61,077 nt of DNA from an uncultured Candidatus Saccharibacteria bacterium. Its GTDB lineage: Bacteria > Patescibacteriota > Minisyncoccia > Phycocordibacterales > UBA2100. A program made the position numbers and the translations under genes. The stretch is taken from assembly GCA_964534465.1 (NCBI GenBank), contig CAZHOB010000004.1:1-61077 (forward strand), in the 5' to 3' direction. The notes beneath the pieces were generated by a model, which was not told where the DNA came from, made no database searches, and saw only the letters and a list, made by a program, of their open reading frames with translations. Of this stretch, positions 32,535-40,873 are shown one piece after another; position 1 is the first letter of the stretch; each line of letters begins with the position of its first letter.

Positions 32535-35500
32535 ATGGGTCTGCGCAAAAGAAGCCGCGGAATTTTTGGCGCTGTTTCGTGGAAAATACGCGCGCTCCTC
32601 TTTCTTGCTCTCATTGCCATTGGCTTATCGCTTCATGACACGAGGGCGGGATTCCATTCTTCTGAGCTAAGGTTCACTGACGCGTCGCACGGCGGTCTCG
32701 CTATCGTACCCGCATCGTGTCCCTCGCTTCCGCACTGGGCGGGAGATTGCACTTCCTCGGCAACAGCCGCGGAGGGAACGAACACCTCCGGCTTGGCCTA
32801 TGCAAGCGCGCCCGGCGCTGTCGGTGCGCCGCCCGCCCCGACCTACACGATCACCGGTGTCGGTGGCGTCATCGGCGCAGGCGGTACGTGTCAGGTCGGG
32901 AGTTCCAATACCATCGCAGCCATTTCCGCCTCCTCCGCGTCCACGCAGGGACTACTCGGCAATTACTTTTCCGGGTCCGGTTTTACGCCGTGGTATTCGG
33001 TGTACGTCGACCCACAAGTCAACTTCAATCCCTCGTGGCCGCTTGCAACGAGAGCGAATGTCACCGGGAATGCCTACTCGGCGATATGGAGTGGTTACGT
33101 CAAGGTCGACTATACGGGTACCTACACGTTCTATGTGACCAACTCCAGTGGCGCGCGGTTGGACGTGAACGACGTAAGGATAATCGACGACCTCTCGCCT
33201 GGTCATGCAGCGGTCGAAGATTCCGGGCGCATCGATCTCGTCGCGGGGAAGTGGTACAAGATAGTTCTGCTCTATAACAACAGCGCTATCAATAGTTCGG
33301 GCGCGATAACACTCAGCTATAGTGGCGGCGTCGTTCGCACCGTCTACCTCACCTCCGGTACGAGCTGGACCGTGCCGAGTGATTGGAGTAATGCCCACAG
33401 CTCCATCGAAGTGATAGGCGGTGGTGGTGGTGGTGCATACGGTCTCTATCGTGCGAGCGGCGGAGCGGGTGGTTATTCCGCGTCGTACGCAGACCAGTAC
33501 GCGATCTCTGGTTCTGGAGTGCCTCCACTCTCACCGGGTCAGGTCATTAATTATTCCGTCGGCTCCGCAGGTGCCGGCGGCACCTCCACCAATGTCTTGG
33601 GAGGCGACGGCGGCGATACATGGTTTGATTCCACTAGCATTCTTTTGGCCAAAGGAGGAACGGCCCCAACCAATGCCTATGGTCTAGGTGTCCAATGGAA
33701 TGGCGGCACAGGAGGTCAGGTATATCCCTATGGGGGAGTGGGGCAAGTTCAGTACGCCGGTGGCAGTGGAGGCACGTATTGTTGCGGGACTCCCACCTCG
33801 GGCTTCGGTGGCGGTGGAGCTGGCGGCCCCGGGGGCAACGGTAAAAGCGCACCCGCAGACTTCAGTGGCGGACATGCCGAGAACATTGCCGTTTCCGGTG
33901 GTGCCGGTGGCGCAGCGGGTACGAGCGCCGCCCCAAATGGTGGAGCTGGCGGCAATGGCATTGATTGGGGCTCGACACACGGTTCTGGCGGAGGCGGTGG
34001 CAGCGGGTATGGAGACGGCTCCACGTTGGGTGGTAACGGAGGCAACGCCGGTAGTTATGGCGGTGCCGGCGGTGGCGGCGGGTATGGAGGAAGCAGTCAC
34101 ATTGGCTTGGGCGGTGCCGGTGCACAGGGTCTCATCGTTATTACGTACCCTATTCCAGGACAGTCGATGGCCAAGCAGCTCATTCCTGCCGATCACTTGA
34201 GCCTCACGGGCGGGGAGCCGGTGTATTATATCGTCGATTGGGGCGACGGTTCGCCCATACAAGCAATCCCGACACCGGGCGCTGCGGTCGCAGGAGATGT
34301 TTTCTCGCAAACGACTTTCAAACAGACAACAAACCTTTTGTCAGGATGGCAGGGGCGTACCTACGATGATTCCTCTTGGACAAGGTCTTTTGGCCAGGAA
34401 GGGGACTGCGGCGTTACATTTGGATGTACCAACGGATTTGCGGGCACCAACGTTTTCTGGATATGGTCGTCCAATACCTTGCTAACCCCAGATACCACCA
34501 ATAATCCTTATTTCCGAAAGGGCTTCATCCCTGCCTCCTCGAGCGGCACGCTCACGATACGTTCAGCCGGAAACTACACAGCGTACGTCAACGGCACATT
34601 GGTCGGGTCTGCGACGGGCCCTGCCGGTCCGAATTCTAATGCATATCCTGTTACTCTTTTGCCGGGTACGGTCAACGTGCTGGCCGTGAACGCTACCCAC
34701 GCGGGGACCGGAGTAGACGGCTGGATAGGCAAACTCTCTACGATGTTCAATTCACCGGTCTTTGTAATGCCTGATACGACCGCGACTTCGACCCACACCT
34801 ATGCGACTGCCGGTTCCAAAATAGTGCGCGTGGCCACGGTTGGCCGATCTTCGCTCCAATCCGCATGGCAGTCGTTCTCAATGACGTGCAGCGCACCTGC
34901 GACGCCGCAGCCCAATCCTCCGTCATCCATAACTATCGGTGGCGCAAGCTCGTGTACTTCGGGCACCTCCACCACCATTAGTTTGAGCGCGAGTACTGAA
35001 ACGGGACTGGGCGGACTCTTCTACAGCGGCACGGCGTTCAATACATATAAGAGCCGCTCGCTCGATGCCACGATCAATTTCCCCGATGCCACAAATATCG
35101 GCACGGTGCGCACCGGCGCCTCGACCGGCTGGTCGGCCAAGTGGTTTGGATATGTGAAAGCAGACGTAACCGGTGTGTACACGTTCTACGTATCCTCCGA
35201 CGACGGCGCACGGCTCTACGTCAACGGCAACACGGTAGTAAATAGCTGGATAGACCAAGCGTACACCGAGCACTCGGGTACCATTTCACTCACGGCAGGC
35301 AATTGGTACCCGATAGAGCTCGACTACTACCAAAATATCAGCACATCGGGCATCGCGCTCAGCTACAGCGCCTCGGGCGTCACGAAGCAAATAATTCCGG
35401 CGACCAATTTGCGCGCCTCGGGCGTATCGTACGCGGTCAACTGGGGCGATGGCACCGCGGTGCAGACCGTGCCAGCTTCCGGCTTCACTAATCCGATGAT

Positions 35501-36911
35501 CGCGTACAACGTCTCGCACACGTACGCCGCAGCTGGCACATCCACCATCTCCGTGACGGCCACCAATCAGACCAACCAGACATCCACGGCGACCACGAAG
35601 CAGATGGTGTGCTCGACAGCCACGTGCGCCAACGGTCTCAATATCAATACGTATCCGAGTTGCACATGTCCTGCAGCGCAAACGCAAAGCGGCAGCACCT
35701 GCGGCTGCGCCAACGGCCTCAATGCCACCACGTATCCGACATGCGCTTGTCCCGCCGGCCAGACCCAAAGCGGCAGCTCGTGCATCACTCCCGTCACGGT
35801 GCAGCCGAATGCGCCCACGGTGACTCTCGGTGGCGGCGCTTCGTGCACACAGGGCTCACCGGTCAGTGTCGACATGCGCGCCTCGAGCGATGCGGGATTG
35901 GCGGGTGATTTCTACACCGGCACCGCGTACAACACATTTAAGGGCCGCGCACTCGATGCCATCATCAACTTCACGGACGCGACCGCCATCGGTACCAACC
36001 GCACCGGCGCTTCGACCGTGTGGTCTGCGAAATGGTACGGCTATGTGCGCGCTGATTTCAATGAGACGTACACATTCCAAACGGTGAGCGACGACGGCGT
36101 ACGCTTGACCGTCAACGGCGTCCAGATCATCAACAATTGGACGGATCACGCCGCGACCACGAATTCAGGCACCATCGCGCTTACCGCCGGCAACTGGTAT
36201 CCGGTGCAGCTCGAGTTCTACCAAAACACCGCCACCTCGGAGATCACGCTCAGCAACGGCTCGCCGAGTCTCCCGATGCAGATAATTCCTTCGGGCAATT
36301 TGAAGGCTTCGGGCGTGTATTACTCCATCAATTGGGGCGATGGCACGGTGCAGACATATCCGACTTCCGGATTCATTTTCCCGAGCGCTACGACGACGGT
36401 CGCACACACGTATGCTTCTGCCGGCAACCAGACCGTCTCGGTGACGGCGACAAATCAGAGCGCGCAGACGGGAGCCGCCACAGCCAAGGTGCTCACGTGC
36501 GCCGCCTCCTGTACGCCCGCATATTACTGCTCGGGAAGCCAGCTCATGCATACCGACGCCAGCTGCGGGAATACATTGGTCCAGAACTGCACATATGGCT
36601 GCGGAAATGGCGCGTGCAATCCGGCTCCTACTCCCTCCATCGTCTCCTTCAACGTGACGCCGTACCTCGTAACGCAGGGTAATACCGCGACCGTGCAGTG
36701 GTCGACCACCAACACGACTTCATGCACCGTCTCATCGCCCAACGGTGATTCGTGGTCAGGTACTTCGGGCTCCGCGACCACGCGCGCCATCACTGGCCAG
36801 ACCTCGTACACCATCACCTGCAACGGCCTCGACGGCTCCGTCATCACACAAACCATTCAGGTGAATGTCGTGCCGACCTTCTGCGAAGTGGGCGTGCAGA
36901 ACTGTCCGTAA
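32535..36911 (+). CDS. Giant secreted/surface protein with 3 PA14-like modules, a Gly-rich block, a galactose-binding-like beta-sandwich, Cys-rich mini-repeats and a C-terminal Ig-like domain
   Basis: Signal anchor MGLRKRSRGIFGAVSWKIRALLFLALIAIGLSL. PA14-type blocks read GLLGNYFSG...YTGTYTFYVTNSSGARLDVND, GLGGLFYSG...VTGVYTFYVSSDDGARLYVNGN and GLAGDFYTG...ETYTFQTVSDDGVRLTVNG. GGxGG tracts span ~33415-34130. Confidence 0.8.
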   Translation: MGLRKRSRGIFGAVSWKIRALLFLALIAIGLSLHDTRAGFHSSELRFTDASHGGLAIVPASCPSLPHWAGDCTSSATAAEGTNTSGLAYASAPGAVGAPPAPTYTITGVGGVIGAGGTCQVGSSNTIAAISASSASTQGLLGNYFSGSGFTPWYSVYVDPQVNFNPSWPLATRANVTGNAYSAIWSGYVKVDYTGTYTFYVTNSSGARLDVNDVRIIDDLSPGHAAVEDSGRIDLVAGKWYKIVLLYNNSAINSSGAITLSYSGGVVRTVYLTSGTSWTVPSDWSNAHSSIEVIGGGGGGAYGLYRASGGAGGYSASYADQYAISGSGVPPLSPGQVINYSVGSAGAGGTSTNVLGGDGGDTWFDSTSILLAKGGTAPTNAYGLGVQWNGGTGGQVYPYGGVGQVQYAGGSGGTYCCGTPTSGFGGGGAGGPGGNGKSAPADFSGGHAENIAVSGGAGGAAGTSAAPNGGAGGNGIDWGSTHGSGGGGGSGYGDGSTLGGNGGNAGSYGGAGGGGGYGGSSHIGLGGAGAQGLIVITYPIPGQSMAKQLIPADHLSLTGGEPVYYIVDWGDGSPIQAIPTPGAAVAGDVFSQTTFKQTTNLLSGWQGRTYDDSSWTRSFGQEGDCGVTFGCTNGFAGTNVFWIWSSNTLLTPDTTNNPYFRKGFIPASSSGTLTIRSAGNYTAYVNGTLVGSATGPAGPNSNAYPVTLLPGTVNVLAVNATHAGTGVDGWIGKLSTMFNSPVFVMPDTTATSTHTYATAGSKIVRVATVGRSSLQSAWQSFSMTCSAPATPQPNPPSSITIGGASSCTSGTSTTISLSASTETGLGGLFYSGTAFNTYKSRSLDATINFPDATNIGTVRTGASTGWSAKWFGYVKADVTGVYTFYVSSDDGARLYVNGNTVVNSWIDQAYTEHSGTISLTAGNWYPIELDYYQNISTSGIALSYSASGVTKQIIPATNLRASGVSYAVNWGDGTAVQTVPASGFTNPMIAYNVSHTYAAAGTSTISVTATNQTNQTSTATTKQMVCSTATCANGLNINTYPSCTCPAAQTQSGSTCGCANGLNATTYPTCACPAGQTQSGSSCITPVTVQPNAPTVTLGGGASCTQGSPVSVDMRASSDAGLAGDFYTGTAYNTFKGRALDAIINFTDATAIGTNRTGASTVWSAKWYGYVRADFNETYTFQTVSDDGVRLTVNGVQIINNWTDHAATTNSGTIALTAGNWYPVQLEFYQNTATSEITLSNGSPSLPMQIIPSGNLKASGVYYSINWGDGTVQTYPTSGFIFPSATTTVAHTYASAGNQTVSVTATNQSAQTGAATAKVLTCAASCTPAYYCSGSQLMHTDASCGNTLVQNCTYGCGNGACNPAPTPSIVSFNVTPYLVTQGNTATVQWSTTNTTSCTVSSPNGDSWSGTSGSATTRAITGQTSYTITCNGLDGSVITQTIQVNVVPTFCEVGVQNCP

Positions 36912-36925
36912 CACTCCGCTCGGAG

Positions 36926-37041
36926 GGCGGCAGGAAGCGGGCAGTGCCTCCCTCGGGCTTCGCGATTTTGCTGCTGCAAAATCGCCTATCCTCGGCCAGC
37001 CTGCGGGGGCCCTCGGTATGCACTGCCCGCTTCCTGCCGCC
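36926..37041. repeat. 22-bp perfect inverted repeat enclosing a 72-nt insert with its own 10-bp hairpin
   Basis: ggcggcaggaagcgggcagtgc (36926-36947) and its exact reverse complement (37020-37041). Inner hairpin gcgattttgc-tgct-gcaaaatcgc at 36962-36985. Confidence 0.8.
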
Positions 37042-37131
37042 CCCGCTCGCTTCCGCCAATAGGTTTTCAAACAGAGAAGTAATCAACACGCTCGTGACCG
37101 CTCCGCATCGCGGAGCTGGTATCATAGTGAT

Positions 37132-37587
37132 ATGTTCAGAGTTGCTCGCGTTCGCATATCCGTACTTGCTGCAGCGTTCGTACTCGTCTTCGCACTTCTT
37201 CCGCTCCTCGCACACGCGCAGACCTCGGACACGTCCGACCTGAAAGCCACCATCCGCGCGCAACTCCTCCTCGACCCGCGCTCCGCGCAGATGCCTCCTG
37301 CGGAATTCGATGCAATGGTCAGTGCGCTGACCGAGCAGGCGCAAAAAGCGGGGATGACCGCCAAAGACATCAAGTGGCGGCCACAGCTTCCGCCCGCGAA
37401 TACGCGGGGCGATACGTTCTTGTTCAAGTGTGATCCCAATTCATTTATGTGCAGCGTGAGCAAAGCCTTTGGTCTCGATGGCGGCGATCTCACCATACCG
37501 ATCGGTCTCGGCATCAGCTCCGCACTTTTGGTCCTTATTCTCGGCACGATGATGGCCGTGCGCCATAAGAAGTCGGCAGGGAAGTAA
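37132..37587 (+). CDS. Secreted protein with a C-terminal TM anchor, function unknown
   Basis: Signal peptide MFRVARVRISVLAAAFVLVFALLPLLAHA. C-terminal helix IGLGISSALLVLILGTMMAV followed by RHKK. TATCAT lies 6 nt upstream of the ATG. Confidence 0.6.
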   Translation: MFRVARVRISVLAAAFVLVFALLPLLAHAQTSDTSDLKATIRAQLLLDPRSAQMPPAEFDAMVSALTEQAQKAGMTAKDIKWRPQLPPANTRGDTFLFKCDPNSFMCSVSKAFGLDGGDLTIPIGLGISSALLVLILGTMMAVRHKKSAGK

Positions 37588-37590
37588 GAG

Positions 37591-37618
37591 TTGCATTTTT
37601 TGCGAGCGTGGGTATACT
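37591..37618 (+). promoter_or_regulatory. Candidate promoter re-initiating the rplC-rplB block
   Basis: TTGCAT-16 nt-TATACT, 154 nt upstream of rplC. Confidence 0.45.
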
Positions 37619-37661
37619 GCTCCCACGTTCTATGTCCCAATATCGATTCAGTCGATATGGT

Positions 37662-37710
37662 GACTTCGCTCGGACGATGTGAGAGCAAGCTCTCACTCGC
37701 TCCTCGCTAG
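37662..37710 (+). repeat. ~50-nt repeat, copy 1 (core gtgagagcNagctctcac ... gctcctcgctag)
   Basis: About 80% identical by eye to 42706-42755. Contains an 8-bp hairpin, gtgagagc/gctctcac. Confidence 0.7.
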
Positions 37711-37743
37711 GCACCATAGGGACCACTAGCGAAGGCAGTAGAT

Positions 37744-37765
37744 GCCCGCTAGCGCGGGCGTTTTT
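37744..37765 (+). terminator. Terminator-like hairpin inside the rplC leader (possible attenuator)
   Basis: gcccgc-tagc-gcgggc followed by TTTTT, ending 6 nt before the rplC ATG. Confidence 0.45.
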
Positions 37766-37771
37766 ATTTCC

Positions 37772-38380
37772 ATGAAATTCATGTTGGGTACAAAAGGGCG
37801 AATGACACAAGTCTTTGACGACAAAGGCACGTGTTTTCCTGCGACCGTCATCACCGCAGGCCCGCTCACTATTTCGCAAGTCAAATCGCAGGAGAAAGAC
37901 GGCTACGCTTCTGCGCAGGTGGCCTTTGGTACGCGCAAAGAAAAGAACGTGGCAGCGCCGCAGCGCGGTCACTTGAAAGACCTCGGCTCCTTCCGCTATA
38001 TGCGTGAATTCAAGCCCGAGGGGGAGGTGAAGCGCGGCGACACAATAGATGTGTCTGTTTTTGTGCCGGGCGATGTCGTGGCCGTGAGCGCAATTTCAAA
38101 AGGCAAAGGATTTCAGGGCGTCGTGAAGCGCCACGGTTTCTCCGGCGGTCCGCGCTCCCACGGTCAGAAGAATAAAGAGCGCGCACCGGGTAGTATCGGC
38201 GGCGGCGGTCGTGCAGGCGCCCGTGTCATCAAAGGTATGCGCATGGCTGGTCGCATGGGCGGCGATCGCATCACGGTCAAAAATCTAAAAGTCTTGCAAG
38301 TCGATGCGGCATCCAATACCATCCTTATCTCCGGCGCGGTTCCGGGACGCCCCGGCACTTTGGTTGAAATTCGCGGCTAA
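37772..38380 (+). CDS. rplC: 50S ribosomal protein L3
   Basis: MKFMLGTKGRMTQVFDDKGTCFPATVI...FQGVVKRHGFSGGPRSHGQKNKERAPGSIG. Confidence 0.93.
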   Translation: MKFMLGTKGRMTQVFDDKGTCFPATVITAGPLTISQVKSQEKDGYASAQVAFGTRKEKNVAAPQRGHLKDLGSFRYMREFKPEGEVKRGDTIDVSVFVPGDVVAVSAISKGKGFQGVVKRHGFSGGPRSHGQKNKERAPGSIGGGGRAGARVIKGMRMAGRMGGDRITVKNLKVLQVDAASNTILISGAVPGRPGTLVEIRG

Positions 38381-38384
38381 TATT

Positions 38385-39050
38385 ATGGAAGCAACTATCT
38401 ACAATTCAGAAGGGAAGAAAAAGGGTTCGGTCACATTGCCGGAGAATGTTTTCGGCGTGGTATGGAATGATTCGCTCATGCATCAGGTCGTTACCTCTAT
38501 GGAGGCAAATGCTCGCACGCCTGTCGCGCATGTAAAGGCGCGCGGCGAGGTGCGTGGTGGCGGCAAAAAGCCGTGGCAGCAAAAGGGCACGGGCCGCGCG
38601 CGCCATGGTTCCATCCGCTCTCCCATCTGGAAAGGCGGCGGCGTCACGCACGGTCCTCTCAAAGAAAAGAATTACGCCCGCGCTATTCCAAAAAAGATGC
38701 GTGCCAAGGCGCTCTTTATGGCACTCTCCCGCAAGCTGAAGGACGGAGAAGTGCTCTTCGTAGATTCTTTTGGCTTCGAGAAACCGCAGACGGCCGCCGC
38801 CAAAAAGGCTCTCGTGCATCTCGCCAAGGCTTCCGGCATGGAGCGTCTTGCGACCAAAAGGAAAAATGCCGCACTCGTTGCATTTTCCGATCCCTCGCAA
38901 GCCGCACAAAAGAGCTTCCGCAATATGGGCAACGTCACGACAGTCTCGGTGCGTAATCTCAATCCCGTCGCCGTCCTCAAAAACACCTACCTCGTCATCG
39001 AAAATCCCGAAGCAGCTGTGGCGATAATGTCGCAGCGCGTAGGCAAATAA
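38385..39050 (+). CDS. rplD: 50S ribosomal protein L4
   Basis: MEATIYNSEGKKKGSVTLPENVFG...RGGGKKPWQQKGTGRARHGSIRSPIWKGGGVTHGP. Confidence 0.93.
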   Translation: MEATIYNSEGKKKGSVTLPENVFGVVWNDSLMHQVVTSMEANARTPVAHVKARGEVRGGGKKPWQQKGTGRARHGSIRSPIWKGGGVTHGPLKEKNYARAIPKKMRAKALFMALSRKLKDGEVLFVDSFGFEKPQTAAAKKALVHLAKASGMERLATKRKNAALVAFSDPSQAAQKSFRNMGNVTTVSVRNLNPVAVLKNTYLVIENPEAAVAIMSQRVGK

Positions 39051-39051
39051 T

Positions 39052-39336
39052 ATGTCCAACCTCGCTCACATCTTGAAACACGCGCGTATCACCGAGAAGG
39101 CGACCATGCACTCGGAGCAGGGAGTCTACACCTTTGATATTGCCGATAGCGCCACCAAGCGCGATGTCATTCAGGCCGTGCAAAAGCTCTACAAGGTGAC
39201 TCCGCGCCTCGTGCGTGTGGTGACCATACCGACCAAAGTACGCCGCAGCGCGCGCACCGGCAAAGTGGGCGTGAAGAGCGGCGGCAAAAAGGCCTACGTC
39301 TTTCTTAAAAAGGGCGAAACGATAACCATCGCATAG
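39052..39336 (+). CDS. rplW: 50S ribosomal protein L23
   Basis: ILKHARITEKATMHSEQGVYTFDIADSATKRDVIQAVQKLYKVTP. Position between L4 and L2. Confidence 0.9.
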   Translation: MSNLAHILKHARITEKATMHSEQGVYTFDIADSATKRDVIQAVQKLYKVTPRLVRVVTIPTKVRRSARTGKVGVKSGGKKAYVFLKKGETITIA

Positions 39337-39337
39337 T

Positions 39338-40180
39338 ATGAAATTCTACAAACCGACAAGTAAATCGCAGCGCCAGCACTCTTCGATCGAATATCGCAAG
39401 TTGCTCTCGGGACACTCGCCGCACAAGCCGCTGATGAAGGGCGCGCGCTCTACCGGCGGACGCAACGCGCACGGTCGAATCACGATGCGACATCACGGTG
39501 GCGGTCACAAGAAAATCCATCGCTGGATAGATTTCATTTTCGACAAAAAGAACATCCCCGCGCGCATCACGACCATCGAATACGATCCGTTCCGCTCCGG
39601 CTTTATCGGCCTCGCTATCTACGCAGACGGCGAAAAGCGCTACGTGGTGCTGCCACAAAAGGTGAAAGTGGGGGATACATTTATCGTGTCCGAGACCGCG
39701 CCGATCACGACCGCCAACCGTTTGCCGCTCAAGAATATTCCCGTGGGCACATTCGTGTACAACGTCGAGGTCAAGCCGAGCGAGGGCGCCAAAATGGTGC
39801 GCGCTGCCGGCAATTATGCTGAAGTCGTCGCGCAGGACGCGGGCTACACGCACCTCAAGATGCCGTCGACCGAAGTGCGCAAGATCCTCGATACCTGCTG
39901 GGCATCAGTGGGGGAGGTGTCCAACGAAGAGTATCGTCTCATCAATCTCGGCAAAGCCGGCCGCTCGCGCTGGATGGGTGTGCGCCCCACAGTGCGCGGC
40001 TCCGCGATGAATCCTGTCGATCACCCGCACGGTGGAGGGGAAGGTCGCCAAGGCCGAGGCCTTCGCCGCGCGAAGACCCTCTGGGGCAAGCCTTCAGGCA
40101 AAGGCCAAAAGACCCGCCGCCCGAAGAAATACTCAAATGTTTTCATCGTTTCTAGACGAAAAGTCGGAAAACGCAAATAG
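39338..40180 (+). CDS. rplB: 50S ribosomal protein L2
   Basis: GRNAHGRITMRHHGGGHKK ... SAMNPVDHPHGGGEGR. Confidence 0.95.
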   Translation: MKFYKPTSKSQRQHSSIEYRKLLSGHSPHKPLMKGARSTGGRNAHGRITMRHHGGGHKKIHRWIDFIFDKKNIPARITTIEYDPFRSGFIGLAIYADGEKRYVVLPQKVKVGDTFIVSETAPITTANRLPLKNIPVGTFVYNVEVKPSEGAKMVRAAGNYAEVVAQDAGYTHLKMPSTEVRKILDTCWASVGEVSNEEYRLINLGKAGRSRWMGVRPTVRGSAMNPVDHPHGGGEGRQGRGLRRAKTLWGKPSGKGQKTRRPKKYSNVFIVSRRKVGKRK

Positions 40181-40186
40181 AAAAAA

Positions 40187-40222
40187 GCCCGCCTGCCTGC
40201 CGGTGGGCAGGCGAAGGCGGGC
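40187..40222. terminator. Bidirectional GC hairpin after rplB (imperfect member of the CCTGCCTGCCGG palindrome family)
   Basis: gcccgcctgcctgccggtgggcaggcgaaggcgggc, between convergent genes. Confidence 0.55.
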
Positions 40223-40228
40223 CTTCGA

Positions 40229-40714
40229 TCATGAGGAGGTGAACATACTCCAGTCTTCGCCGACGATCAATCGCTCCGTATCCATATCTGCGAACCTGTA
40301 GTCGAGCTCCGATTTAAGCAGCTTTTTAATGGTGTCGCGCAAGGCCTGGAGTCGGCCCGCTTGGCGATAGAGAGCTTTTAACTCTCGATATTCTTTCTCT
40401 TTGCCCGCCCGAAAGATCACTTCAATCCAACGACTGGGACTTTCCTCTTCCAAACTGGGCAACGACTTTACGAGCTCTTCTTGGCGTTTTTCCAACGATT
40501 TCAAGGAAAGCGAAGTCGCAAGCATTGCCGAATATGCAGAGCGCAGATCTTCGGGAAGTAGCCCTTGAAAGACTGAGCCCTTCTTGATCCTCGCCGGGGG
40601 CAGATCCGACCACAGCTTCGCTGGTGTGGATGCCTTTACAAGGTCATCCATGGTCTGAAAAATGTTCCCTGAAAGGTCGATCACTGGACCATTACATAGT
40701 TCCACGCTATCCAT
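40229..40714 (-). CDS. Hypothetical protein (161 aa)
   Basis: Start chosen at MDSVELCNGPVIDL, where AGAGGAG lies 7 nt upstream. Coiled-coil-like C-half. Confidence 0.5.
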   Translation of the reverse strand: MDSVELCNGPVIDLSGNIFQTMDDLVKASTPAKLWSDLPPARIKKGSVFQGLLPEDLRSAYSAMLATSLSLKSLEKRQEELVKSLPSLEEESPSRWIEVIFRAGKEKEYRELKALYRQAGRLQALRDTIKKLLKSELDYRFADMDTERLIVGEDWSMFTSS

Positions 40715-40873
40715 TGGACCACTCCTCTTTGTGACGCTGTCTCGGTTTATACCATTTAGCAGTCCACGCGCAAATGTGATCCGTGAGCTGTGCACAACAT
40801 GTGGACAAGTGCCGCCTCGCAAAGGTGCCATACTTTTTCATAGAACATCGAGTTCAATACTTAGGAGAGTGAA

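Noticed and set aside
33749-34045. Pro-rich 98-aa minus-strand ORF (MPPLPPNVEPSPYPLPPPPPEP...)
   Set aside because: It is the reverse-complement reading of the GGxGG-rich block (GGN codons read as NCC, giving Pro) inside the giant PA14 protein.
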